From contig JACQNI010000006.1 of assembly GCA_016203135.1 (NCBI GenBank), positions 1-43,937 on the forward strand: DNA of 43,937 nt, given 5' to 3'. The notes under the pieces are model-generated. The model had not been told where the DNA came from, ran no database searches, and worked only from the letters and a program-made list of their open reading frames with translations. The position numbers and the translations under genes are program-made. Below, piece by piece: positions 19,448 through 27,953 of this stretch. Within the stretch, counting starts at the first letter, position 1, and each line of letters starts with the position of its first letter. Origin of the DNA: Candidatus Woesearchaeota archaeon (lineage in GTDB: Archaea > Nanobdellota > Nanobdellia > SCGC-AAA011-G17 > JACPNG01).

Positions 19448-19981
19448 CTATTTAATTGTTAATTTGATGACTGGAATGTTGTTGCTGTAAGCCCCAGTAT
19501 GCTCTATTAGAAGAGTGTATGTTCCGGTTAAGCTATTGTCATATTCACTTTCAAGATTTAATATTGCTATATTTTCATATTTTAGTTTTATAGATAGAAG
19601 ATACTCATCTTTTACATTTGTTTCTTTGCTTGTTAATATCAAAGCACCCTCGTTGAAATCAATATTGCTTTCCATGGCCTTGTATTTTGTCTTCAGCTGC
19701 CAGATTATCTCATTTGTGTTTTCATCTATGATCAATTCCCCTTTATCAATATTTAATGGGGATAAAAATCTCTTGCTTCCTGTACCTTCTGTAGATACTG
19801 TTTTTATATTGTCATCTATTGCATATAATAATTCTTTTGTTTGTATGAATGTATTTCTATCTCTGAGCTTTTCTATCAATGGAACAACAGCTGAAAGAAT
19901 TATTGTTATTATTATAATTCCCAGGGCTATGTAAAGAACTGCTGAAATCCAAATATCCCCTTTTTTCATAGGATAGTTCAA
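19448..19981 (-). CDS. Prepilin-like protein
   Basis: MKKG/DIWISAVLYIALGIIIITIIL. Confidence 0.8.
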   Translation of the reverse strand: MNYPMKKGDIWISAVLYIALGIIIITIILSAVVPLIEKLRDRNTFIQTKELLYAIDDNIKTVSTEGTGSKRFLSPLNIDKGELIIDENTNEIIWQLKTKYKAMESNIDFNEGALILTSKETNVKDEYLLSIKLKYENIAILNLESEYDNSLTGTYTLLIEHTGAYSNNIPVIKLTIK

Positions 19982-20004
19982 GTATAATGATATATAAAGT
20001 TTTT

Positions 20005-20481
20005 CTAACAGGGGCTTAGACTTTGTTCATTTAAATTGCCAAAGGATTTTATATCTTGGGAACAAGAAATAACTTTGTTGTTAAGCTTTACTTTAGCTAC
20101 AATCTCAATGAATTTTATATCAGCTTCTGAGCTATACTTAAAGGAATCAATTTTAAATTTTTCAATCTTATAATCTATATCATTTTGGGATACTTTATCA
20201 AGGCTTTTATAGGATCTAATTAAGAATCCTTCTAGATCTAGATCTGCATTGTTACTTAGGGTTACTTTAACTGAATCGTCTATATAACATGCGTTAGTTA
20301 TCTCGAAATTAATGTTATTCAAGCAGTAGATTCTTTGTGAGGATATATCCTCTGTTTGTTCTTTTAGATCTAATGTATAGTTTTTAACCCAGACAAGGAC
20401 TGTTATTGTGACCATGATTGTGAAGGAGACTATAAGAAAGGTCACAAAAAGATTATCAAGCCCTTTTTTCATTATATTCAT
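20005..20481 (-). CDS. Prepilin-like protein
   Basis: MKKG/LDNLFVTFLIVSFTIMVTITVLVW. Confidence 0.8.
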   Translation of the reverse strand: MNIMKKGLDNLFVTFLIVSFTIMVTITVLVWVKNYTLDLKEQTEDISSQRIYCLNNINFEITNACYIDDSVKVTLSNNADLDLEGFLIRSYKSLDKVSQNDIDYKIEKFKIDSFKYSSEADIKFIEIVAKVKLNNKVISCSQDIKSFGNLNEQSLSPC

Positions 20482-20509
20482 ATAAATAAATTTTATATAA
20501 AACTTTTTA

Positions 20510-20980
20510 TTATTGTGATAGAATAAATGCTTCTATATGCTTTGCTGAACATGGAACATAATAGCCTTTGGCTACCTTAAGCCATGGGATTATATCTATA
20601 GAATTTATGTTTTCTATGCTTTCAGCAGGTTTAACTACATATTGTCTGATGCTTAAACTATCTAATTTATCAAAACTGCTAGTAGCAAAACCTTGAATTC
20701 CAACTCTAAAAGTAAATTTTTCAATGGCTTTGTTTTTTGCATTTTTTAATGTCACAACTATTTCATCAGCTTGTTTATATGAGTTTACTACTTCAAGTTG
20801 GATATTCTCGCATTCAAGCTGTTTTTCTGCCAGTTTGCCTTGCTTTTCAGCTTTTTCTTGAATATAATTTCTTCCCCATAATATTACAAATACCAAAAGA
20901 GCTATCACAAAACCAATTAAAAGAACTGTTGCAATCTGTTCTGATATCCCTTTTTTGTTTAAGCGCAATTTGCCGTACAT
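20510..20980 (-). CDS. Archaeal pilin (probable major pilin)
   Basis: LNKKG/ISEQIATVLLIGFVIALLVFVILW. Start likely the ATG at 20980. Confidence 0.85.
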   Translation of the reverse strand: MYGKLRLNKKGISEQIATVLLIGFVIALLVFVILWGRNYIQEKAEKQGKLAEKQLECENIQLEVVNSYKQADEIVVTLKNAKNKAIEKFTFRVGIQGFATSSFDKLDSLSIRQYVVKPAESIENINSIDIIPWLKVAKGYYVPCSAKHIEAFILSQ

Positions 20981-21672
20981 TTTATTTTCCAGCAGCATGG
21001 ATCTTTATTTGAACAAGCATTTTCATTTTTAAACTTATTGCAGAAGCCTTCTATGGTTTTCTGCTCTTCGCCTGTTGAGAAGCCTTCTCCACCTATGAAA
21101 ACCTTTCTTTGGTCTTTTGCTTCTTCCTTGCTGACAATAATCAGCTGTGGCCTATTGCTGACTTCAAATGCATACCATAAACCATCTATGTAAATCCATA
21201 TTCTTTCCTTATAATCTATCTTTTTAAGACAATCTCCGACTTCACCGTATTCTATATCGCTTTCAAAATTAAAACCTTGAAAGTTAACAACTGCACCAAC
21301 CTTATCATAACAACCCTCAATTATATATGAATTTGAACCATCATCTACTATAATTTGACTATCCATAAAATTGCCAATATGAATCATATTATCAAAACCA
21401 AAGGCATAGATAAGGTTAAAATTAGGGTTTTGTGATTTTGAATAGGAAGTAAACAAAGATGTGAAAGTAAAAAAACTTTTTGATACGTCTGATTCCGTGA
21501 TTATCAATGAATTTACAAATCTTGCACTTTCATCTTCATAATTTTGAGAGAGCTTTTCAAAATCATCTTCTAATTTTTCCTGGACAACAAAATTTGGCCT
21601 TAGGGCTAGAATGAAAATGACTAGGCTGATGATTACTGCTGCAAGAATATATATCTGACCTCTCTTATTCAT
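20959..21672 (-). CDS. Prepilin-like protein with Cys-rich C-terminus
   Basis: MNKRG/QIYILAAVIISLVIFIL, six Cys at the C-terminus. Confidence 0.8.
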   Translation of the reverse strand: MNKRGQIYILAAVIISLVIFILALRPNFVVQEKLEDDFEKLSQNYEDESARFVNSLIITESDVSKSFFTFTSLFTSYSKSQNPNFNLIYAFGFDNMIHIGNFMDSQIIVDDGSNSYIIEGCYDKVGAVVNFQGFNFESDIEYGEVGDCLKKIDYKERIWIYIDGLWYAFEVSNRPQLIIVSKEEAKDQRKVFIGGEGFSTGEEQKTIEGFCNKFKNENACSNKDPCCWKIKCTANCA

Positions 21673-21696
21673 ATTCTGTTTGTCATTTTATACTAT

Positions 21697-22308
21697 TTAA
21701 ACATTTCTCAAATGTTTTTTAATGTTGTTATATATTTCAATAACTTTCTTGTCTGCGTTTATTTCAATCAGCATTTTTAGATGCTTGTAATGCCTTATAA
21801 CTGCTAGGGTTTTTTTATTGTATAATTTTATTCTGTTATTTATTGCTTTGGAATAATCATCTGGCCTTTTTACTAGGGTTTTTTTACACTTGTCGCATTT
21901 CAAATCATGTCTTGGCTTTTTAGTCAAAAGATTATAAGTCATGCCACATGAACATATCCTTCTATTTTTTAACCTGTTAATTATTGTTTTCTTATCTATT
22001 TTTAATAAAAATACTTTGTCTAGCTTAACTTTTTTATCCAGGAATATTGCTTCTGATAAATCTCTTGGATAACCATCAATGACAAAGTTTTTCTGCTTAA
22101 TATTTTTAAGAACAATTTTGTTTGCTATTATATTTGGGGCAAAATTTCCTTTTTTAAGCAGGTTATTTACATAAGTATTTAATTTTTTATCCTTTATATT
22201 TCTTAAAGAAGCTCCTACTGCAATTATTGGAATCTTTAAATCTTTATTAATGAGTTCAATCTGTGTACCTTTTCCTGATCCAGGAGGACCTAGTATAGCG
22301 ATTTTCAT
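21697..22308 (-). CDS. adk: Adenylate kinase, bacterial-type with Zn-binding LID
   Basis: GPPGSGKGTQ, DGYPR, RRICSCG...CDKC, RPDD. Confidence 0.92.
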   Translation of the reverse strand: MKIAILGPPGSGKGTQIELINKDLKIPIIAVGASLRNIKDKKLNTYVNNLLKKGNFAPNIIANKIVLKNIKQKNFVIDGYPRDLSEAIFLDKKVKLDKVFLLKIDKKTIINRLKNRRICSCGMTYNLLTKKPRHDLKCDKCKKTLVKRPDDYSKAINNRIKLYNKKTLAVIRHYKHLKMLIEINADKKVIEIYNNIKKHLRNV

Positions 22309-22784
22309 CCAAAATAAACATCGGAAAATTTCTCTTCCTCTTCTTTACTCCAAGCTTCCTCCATTTTTGAAGCTATTTTTTTAACTTTAATTTTTATATC
22401 ATTAAAATTTTTAAAAACATCATTTATGAAGCCAACATCAAGATTAATATCTGGATCTATGTCTATTTTTAACCCTTTTCTATCTAACTGCATTAATTTT
22501 CTCATAACCTTTAATGCCTCTTGCTTTTCTTCATCTGTGAAAAACCTGTTTTCGTGGGTGCTTATGACTGATGATGAGGCTGGATGCAAAATACCATCTA
22601 AGATTCTTATAAAAAAACCTATCTTTTCATTTATTCTTCTTCTTATTGCTCGAATTAAGAATTTTTCATTTATGTCTTGAATACTGCTGATTTCAAATTC
22701 CTTGTCTAAGACATCAAAGTCTGGAAGCTTGTGTTTTTTACTTAATAGCTGATATTCCTTTTTAATATCTATGTCCTGTTTCAT
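22305..22784 (-). CDS. Hypothetical protein
   Basis: Start likely ATG 22784 (MKQDIDI); the longer ORF call runs into the element end. Stop overlaps the adk start. Confidence 0.75.
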   Translation of the reverse strand: MKQDIDIKKEYQLLSKKHKLPDFDVLDKEFEISSIQDINEKFLIRAIRRRINEKIGFFIRILDGILHPASSSVISTHENRFFTDEEKQEALKVMRKLMQLDRKGLKIDIDPDINLDVGFINDVFKNFNDIKIKVKKIASKMEEAWSKEEEEKFSDVYFG

Positions 22785-22820
22785 GAAATATATGGCTGGA
22801 ATTAACTTAAAAATCTTTTC

Positions 22821-22881
22821 TTTTATGAGGCTTTGCACATAAACTAAGTTCTGCACATAAATAAAAACCATTTGCAAATTA
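22821..22881 (+). repeat. Left end: 27-bp inverted repeat plus subterminal 9-mers
   Basis: ttttatgaggctttgcacataaactaa; 9-mers at 22834, 22852 and 22873. Confidence 0.85.
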
Positions 22882-22978
22882 AATTATTTTCTATATAAAT
22901 ATATAAAAATCAATAAAATTTTTGGGTTACTAAGGGGTGTAGATAAAAGATTAAATAACCTAAAAACATATACTAAAT

Positions 22979-24069
22979 ATGTATATTACAAAGACGATAA
23001 AGGCTTCTGTTATTGAGTTAACTAAGTCAAAAAAAGAGCTTCTTGATAATGATTATTTCAATTATCAATGGTGGATGATATTTGGAATAGATAACGGTCT
23101 ATTGAGTTGTTTTAAAGCTCAGAAAGGCTTTAAACAAGAAATAATCAAGTATAGAGAATATCCATTGCCTTTATGGTCTAAATTGATTAAAGATTGGTTT
23201 AGGATTAGAAATACCAAACTAACTAAAAACTGGATTAAAATACCTAATAGTAAGAAAAAAGGCATAGGTCTATGGCTTCCTTTGAAGTTTCATCAAGAAT
23301 TGCCTAAAAAGTTTAAGTTAAAAGATTCTTTTTTAGTTAGGAAAAATAACAAATATTACATTCATTTCTATGTAGAAGTTGAATGTGGTGAACAATATAT
23401 TCCTAAGAATATAGTTGGAATAGATTTTGGAATTAAGAATCCAGTCACATTAGTAGATATAAATACAAAAGAAACTAGATTCTTAGGCAAAGAATTAAAA
23501 CAAGTAAAAGGAAAATATTATCATTTAAGAAAAAAGCTAGGTAATAGCAAAAATTTAAGGTTAATTAAGAAAATAAAAGATAAAGAGAAAAGAAAAGTTA
23601 ATTCTTTATTACATAGACTATCTAAAAATATAGTAAATGATGCATATAATAATAAATCTACTATTGTTTTAGGGAAATTAAAGGATCTAAAGAGAAATAA
23701 AGGAAGATATTTCAATAGGAAGTTATCTAGTTTTTCTTATTTAGATTAACAAGTTATATAGAGTATAAGGCAAAGTTAAAAGGGGTTCCTGTAATCAAAG
23801 TATCTGAAGTAAATACATCTAAAACTTGTAATGTCTGTGGCATTACTGGCAAGAGAACTAAGAATTGGTTTATTTGTGGGTGTGGTTATGAAGACAATGC
23901 AGATAGAAATGCAGCCTTTAATATAGGCAAACGGGGTCTTAGCTATATGCTAGGATCAGGGGTAAATGCTTTTGCCCAAAGTTCATCAATAGTGGTAGAC
24001 CCTTATCAACCCAAGTTGAATGAACAAGCGCATACCTTAAATAATGTGCAAGTTTGTAATTTGCATTAA
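22979..24069 (+). pseudogene. tnpB: Compact TnpB RNA-guided nuclease with a 1-nt frameshift at about 23741
   Basis: RuvC-I VGIDFG and LHRLSKNIV in the first frame. After tat tt aga tta, a second frame reads RLTSYIEYKAKLKGVPVIKVSEVNTSKTCNVCG...FICGCGYEDNADRNAAFNI to TAA at 24069. Confidence 0.9.
23960..24055 (+). ncRNA. Putative omegaRNA (reRNA) scaffold overlapping the tnpB 3' end
   Basis: Three consecutive stems: gggtaaa/tttgccc (23960-23977), gttcatcaa/ttgaatgaac (23981-24025), gcgcat/atgtgc (24028-24049), then AAGTT. The position is typical for TnpB guide scaffolds. Confidence 0.5.
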
Positions 24070-24102
24070 AAGGGATTAATTTATGTGCAAAGCTTCATAA
24101 AA
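24042..24102 (-). repeat. Right end: 27-bp inverted repeat plus subterminal 9-mers
   Basis: ttaatttatgtgcaaagcttcataaaa; 9-mers at 24042-24050, 24057-24065 and 24081-24089. Confidence 0.85.
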
Positions 24103-24770
24103 TGTTAATATATAAAAACTTGATTTTGATCGGAACCTCTCATATTTCAATAGAAAGCATAAAACAAGTAGAACAAGTTATTCTTGATAAAAATCCGGAT
24201 ATTGTAGCCCTAGAACTAGATAGATCAAGGCTCCAAAGTCTTTTTTCTAAGCATAAAAAGCCTTCAATTAAAGACATTAGGAAAATAGGTGTTAAAGGCT
24301 TTATTTTCTCATTGATTGGCCATTATGCAGAGAAAAAACTTGGTGAAATTGTAAATGTCAAGCCTGGCTCAGAAATGATTAAGGCAATTGAAACAGCTAA
24401 AAAAACAAATTCAAAAGTTGCTCTAATAGATCAAGACATAAGGGTTACTTTAAAAAAAATTTCAGATAGATTAACCTATAAGGAAAAACTCAGGTTTATC
24501 TCTGACTTATTTAAAGGAATTTTTATAAGGCAAAAAATAGAATTTGATTTGAAAAAAGTTCCAGAGAAAAAGATAATAGATAAGCTTACAAAAGAATTAC
24601 AGAAAAGATATCCAACATTATACGAAGTATTAATAAGTGAGAGAAATTTAATATTAGCAAAGAACTTGCATAGATTATTAAAAACAGAAAAAACAATCGT
24701 TGGAATTGTTGGCGCTGGTCATGAACAAGAAATAATTAATATCATCAAAGACTTAGATAAAAATGTTTGA
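24102..24770 (+). CDS. traB: TraB/GumN (PrgY) family protein
   Basis: IGTSHIS, PDIVALELD..R, PGSEM, LIDQDI, LISERN, GIVGAGH. Confidence 0.92.
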   Translation: MLIYKNLILIGTSHISIESIKQVEQVILDKNPDIVALELDRSRLQSLFSKHKKPSIKDIRKIGVKGFIFSLIGHYAEKKLGEIVNVKPGSEMIKAIETAKKTNSKVALIDQDIRVTLKKISDRLTYKEKLRFISDLFKGIFIRQKIEFDLKKVPEKKIIDKLTKELQKRYPTLYEVLISERNLILAKNLHRLLKTEKTIVGIVGAGHEQEIINIIKDLDKNV

Positions 24771-25467
24771 TGAAAAAGAGTTAAACAATATTTTTGCAAC
24801 AATCATTGTAATTGCAATAGTCTTCGCTTTTGATGATAAAAGGCAAGTATTTCAATTAGGCTTTTGGGCTCTAAATTTCTTGAAGATATTGTTATTTTCT
24901 ATGATTGTTGTGTTTTCCTATGAGCTTGCACAAAAATTTACAGCAAGATTATATAAAGCAAGAACATTTCATGAAATAAACTACAATATAAGGCTTTTTA
25001 AAAAATCAAAAAGTTTTCCAGTAACAATATTTATCGCATTCTTATCAACCATCTTTAGCAATGGAAGGTTTTACTTTGCTTCTATTAAAAAAACAGAAGT
25101 GATATTAGATAAAAAACTGATAGGAAAGCCGTATCAATTTCTAAGGGAATTTGATGTTGCTAAAATAATTTCCTCAGGTCCATTATTTACAATATTTCTA
25201 GCAGCCTTAGTATCTTCAATAAAACTTCCAGGTCTTGACTCATTAGAATTAATGCTGATAGCCTATTCAATATACAATATCTTGCCTATTCCGCCTTTAG
25301 ACGGCTCAAAAATTTTCTTTAACTCACTTCCCTTATTCATCCTCTCTTTTATATTCATAATATTAACTTCCCTTTTACTATTCTTTATTCCATCCCTGCC
25401 AACAATAGTAATCTCAGTAATAGTTTCTCTGATTTTTTTCTTTATGATATTAAAAAGATTAAATTAG
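24763..25467 (+). CDS. M50/site-2-protease-like membrane protein with degenerate active site
   Basis: SGP and NILPIPPLDGSKIF are present, but the HExxH position reads YELAQ. Confidence 0.75.
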   Translation: MFDEKELNNIFATIIVIAIVFAFDDKRQVFQLGFWALNFLKILLFSMIVVFSYELAQKFTARLYKARTFHEINYNIRLFKKSKSFPVTIFIAFLSTIFSNGRFYFASIKKTEVILDKKLIGKPYQFLREFDVAKIISSGPLFTIFLAALVSSIKLPGLDSLELMLIAYSIYNILPIPPLDGSKIFFNSLPLFILSFIFIILTSLLLFFIPSLPTIVISVIVSLIFFFMILKRLN

Positions 25468-25737
25468 GCTAATTATGCCTTTTTGTATAAACCAGAAAAC
25501 CGCAACCCAAGTAAATGGAGAAAACAATCCAAACAAGCCCAATATAAAAAAAGCCCCGCCAACAAGATCTACAAAGCTTGCTATATTTGTCAAGAAAAAA
25601 ATACTTTTTAATAAAAACAAAATAAATACAAAAATTGATGCACTTTTTAAAAAAGGCATATTAAAAAAATCAAAATATAATGCTACTAAAGCAATTCCAG
25701 TCAAAATATCCAATAACCCAAATGCATATTTTATCAT
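25459..25737 (-). CDS. Small membrane protein
   Basis: MIKYAFGLLDILTG..., about four hydrophobic segments, C-terminal QKGIISLI. Confidence 0.7.
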   Translation of the reverse strand: MIKYAFGLLDILTGIALVALYFDFFNMPFLKSASIFVFILFLLKSIFFLTNIASFVDLVGGAFFILGLFGLFSPFTWVAVFWFIQKGIISLI

Positions 25738-25788
25738 CAAAACTCGATTTAAAGAAGGTATATAAAGATTCCCCTCTTTTATCATAAA

Positions 25789-27294
25789 ATGCACTCTCTT
25801 GTTAACATAACCCCCAGAGAATACCAAGAAAAGATATTTGAAACCTGCAAAGATAAAAATACTTTAGTGATTTTGCCTACAGGCATAGGAAAAACACTTC
25901 TTTCAATATTATTAACTGTCCATAGATTAAATCAATTTCCAAACAGCAAAGCAATGATTTGCTCCCCGACAAAACCCCTCTGCAATCAGCATTTGAAAAC
26001 ATTCATGGAAAAAACAACCATAGAAAAAGATAAAATAATTTTATATACTGGAATGATAAAACCAGAAGAAAGAGAAAAAATATTTCAAAAAGCAACAGTG
26101 ATTATAGCTACCCCCCAAACCATAGAAAAAGACTTGGAAAACAATAGGATATCTCTAAAGAATTTTTCAGTTTTAACAATAGATGAAGCTCATCGTTCTA
26201 GAATGGATTATGCAAATACAGCAGTGGCAAAATATTACTTTTCTCAAGCAGAAAACCCAAGATTGCTTGCCTTGACTGCTTCTCCAGGTGCTTCAAAGGA
26301 AAAAATAGATGAGATCATGAAAAACCTAAGTATAGAAGTCGTTGAAATAAGAACAGAAAAAGATGAAGCAATAAAGGAATATGTCCAAGAGAAAAAAATA
26401 ACCTGGATAGAAGTAGAGCTGCCAAAAGAGCTTAATGACTTGGCAAAAAAAATAGAAAATGTTTACAAGGAAAAAATAAAAAAGCTAAGGAATTTTGGCA
26501 TTACAAAACCATCAAGCATAATCAGCAAAAAGGATTTAATTATGTTTCAAAGTTTAATGCAAAGAGAAATAAGGCGTGGTAACAACTCTGCATTTGCAGC
26601 AATATCCTTAATAGCTCAATGCCTTAAATTAAGCCATGCAATAGAGCTTCTAGAAACCCAGGGTTTAAAGCAGTTTGATGAGTTTATGTTAAAACTTTCC
26701 CAAGAAAAGACTAAAGCAGCTAAATCTATAATGTCTGACAAAGAGATACAAGAAACCCTGCCTGTTACTTTGTCTTTAATTGAAAGAAATGTATTGCATC
26801 CAAAACTAATCGAGTTAAAGTCTATTGTAAGAAATCTTATCCAAGAAAACAAAGACATAAAAATAATGGTTTTTGCTAATTACAGAAATACAGTAAAAGA
26901 AATAGTTTCATTCCTTAAAGATATCCCTGGAATTAATCCTGTCAAGTTGCTTGGTCAAAAAGAAGGCATTACCCAAAAAAAACAATTGCAAACAATAAAT
27001 GATTTTGAACAAGGCAAGTATAATGTTCTTATAGGAACTTCTATTATGGAAGAAGGCATAGACATCCTTGGTGGCGCTGAAACAGCAATATTTTATGATG
27101 CTGTTCCAAGTGAAATTAGAAGAATTCAAAGATCAGGAAGAGTCGGCAGAACAAAATCAGGAAGTATTATCTGCCTTATTACCAAGGATACAAGAGACGA
27201 AGCCTATAGATGGGTTTCTTATAGAAAAGAAAAAAAGATGCATGACTTGATTAAAAACATCCAAGACGAAGGAAAAAAACTTTCAGAGTTTTAA
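25789..27294 (+). CDS. hef: Hef/FANCM-type DEAH helicase (helicase part only)
   Basis: PREYQ, LPTGIGKT, PTKPL, DEAHR, LTASPG, HPKL, EEGIDI, QRSGRVGR, TRDEAY. Confidence 0.93.
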   Translation: MHSLVNITPREYQEKIFETCKDKNTLVILPTGIGKTLLSILLTVHRLNQFPNSKAMICSPTKPLCNQHLKTFMEKTTIEKDKIILYTGMIKPEEREKIFQKATVIIATPQTIEKDLENNRISLKNFSVLTIDEAHRSRMDYANTAVAKYYFSQAENPRLLALTASPGASKEKIDEIMKNLSIEVVEIRTEKDEAIKEYVQEKKITWIEVELPKELNDLAKKIENVYKEKIKKLRNFGITKPSSIISKKDLIMFQSLMQREIRRGNNSAFAAISLIAQCLKLSHAIELLETQGLKQFDEFMLKLSQEKTKAAKSIMSDKEIQETLPVTLSLIERNVLHPKLIELKSIVRNLIQENKDIKIMVFANYRNTVKEIVSFLKDIPGINPVKLLGQKEGITQKKQLQTINDFEQGKYNVLIGTSIMEEGIDILGGAETAIFYDAVPSEIRRIQRSGRVGRTKSGSIICLITKDTRDEAYRWVSYRKEKKMHDLIKNIQDEGKKLSEF

Positions 27295-27295
27295 G

Positions 27296-27934
27296 TTATT
27301 CTATCTTGATTGAATCACACCATTCCTTGCTGTATATCCTGTTAAGCTTTTTATTCAGTTCCTTTTTCGTGCCCTCAATCAAATATATTAAACAACCCTT
27401 ATTGTTCTTCTTGTCTATTTCCTTTGACAATAAATGATACTTTCTTATTCCATTTGCCAATGATTTTTCTACTTCTTTTGTATTCACAATTCCGTGCATG
27501 TTTATTATTATCTTTCTTTTATAAGATCCAAGTCCTTTTTTCTCAAGCTGCTTGTCAAATATTATTACAGACCAGACTAAAACATAAAGGGTTATACCTA
27601 TAACATATTGCCCTGCCCCGATTATCAATCCAAGTATTGCAAAAACCCACAGGCTTGCAGCAGTGGTAAAGCCAAATATCTTATCTGTATTTCTTATCAA
27701 AGCCCCTGCCCCTAAAAAACCTATTCCGGTTACAATGGCTCCAAAAACAGGTAAAAAATTTTCTGGTTGCAATGAAATAGTTGCAAGAGTTAACGCACAG
27801 CTTCCAACAGAGACAAATATAAAAGTGCCAAAGCCAACAGACTTATTTGATTTTTGCCTGTCTAATCCAAATAGATAGGCAAATACAAATGTTATTAGCA
27901 ATCTAATTAGTAATTGAGTTATTTCCACATTCAA
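27296..27934 (-). CDS. MgtC/SapB family membrane protein with soluble C-terminal domain
   Basis: GLDRQ...VGFGTF, IVTGIGFLGAGALI, GFTTAASLW. GAGG SD before the TTG start. Confidence 0.9.
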   Translation of the reverse strand: MNVEITQLLIRLLITFVFAYLFGLDRQKSNKSVGFGTFIFVSVGSCALTLATISLQPENFLPVFGAIVTGIGFLGAGALIRNTDKIFGFTTAASLWVFAILGLIIGAGQYVIGITLYVLVWSVIIFDKQLEKKGLGSYKRKIIINMHGIVNTKEVEKSLANGIRKYHLLSKEIDKKNNKGCLIYLIEGTKKELNKKLNRIYSKEWCDSIKIE

Positions 27935-27953
27935 AACCTCTTAAAAATTTAAT

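Larger units (their letters stand above)
22826..24097. mobile_element. Non-autonomous inverted-repeat-bounded element carrying tnpB
   Basis: IR 22821-22847 vs 24076-24102 matches 25/27. TG...CA termini, TA on both flanks, three TGCA(C/A)AT(A/T)A 9-mers per end. Sits between divergent genes. Confidence 0.75.

Noticed and set aside
14327-21672. Archaellum operon
   Set aside because: No arlH, arlF/G or arlCDE-like genes, and it has two platform genes.
22785-22877. N-terminal extension of ORF 22305..22877
   Set aside because: It runs through the promoter and the element's left end. ATG 22784 is the more plausible start.
22979-24100. Cas12f/Cas14 CRISPR system
   Set aside because: No repeat-spacer array or cas1/2/4 nearby. 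The 9-mers are short, irregularly spaced and inverted between the two ends.
22821-24102. Tn7-like element with a 5-bp target duplication
   Set aside because: The 5-bp flanks (tttta, taaaa) are not direct repeats, and there are no tns genes.
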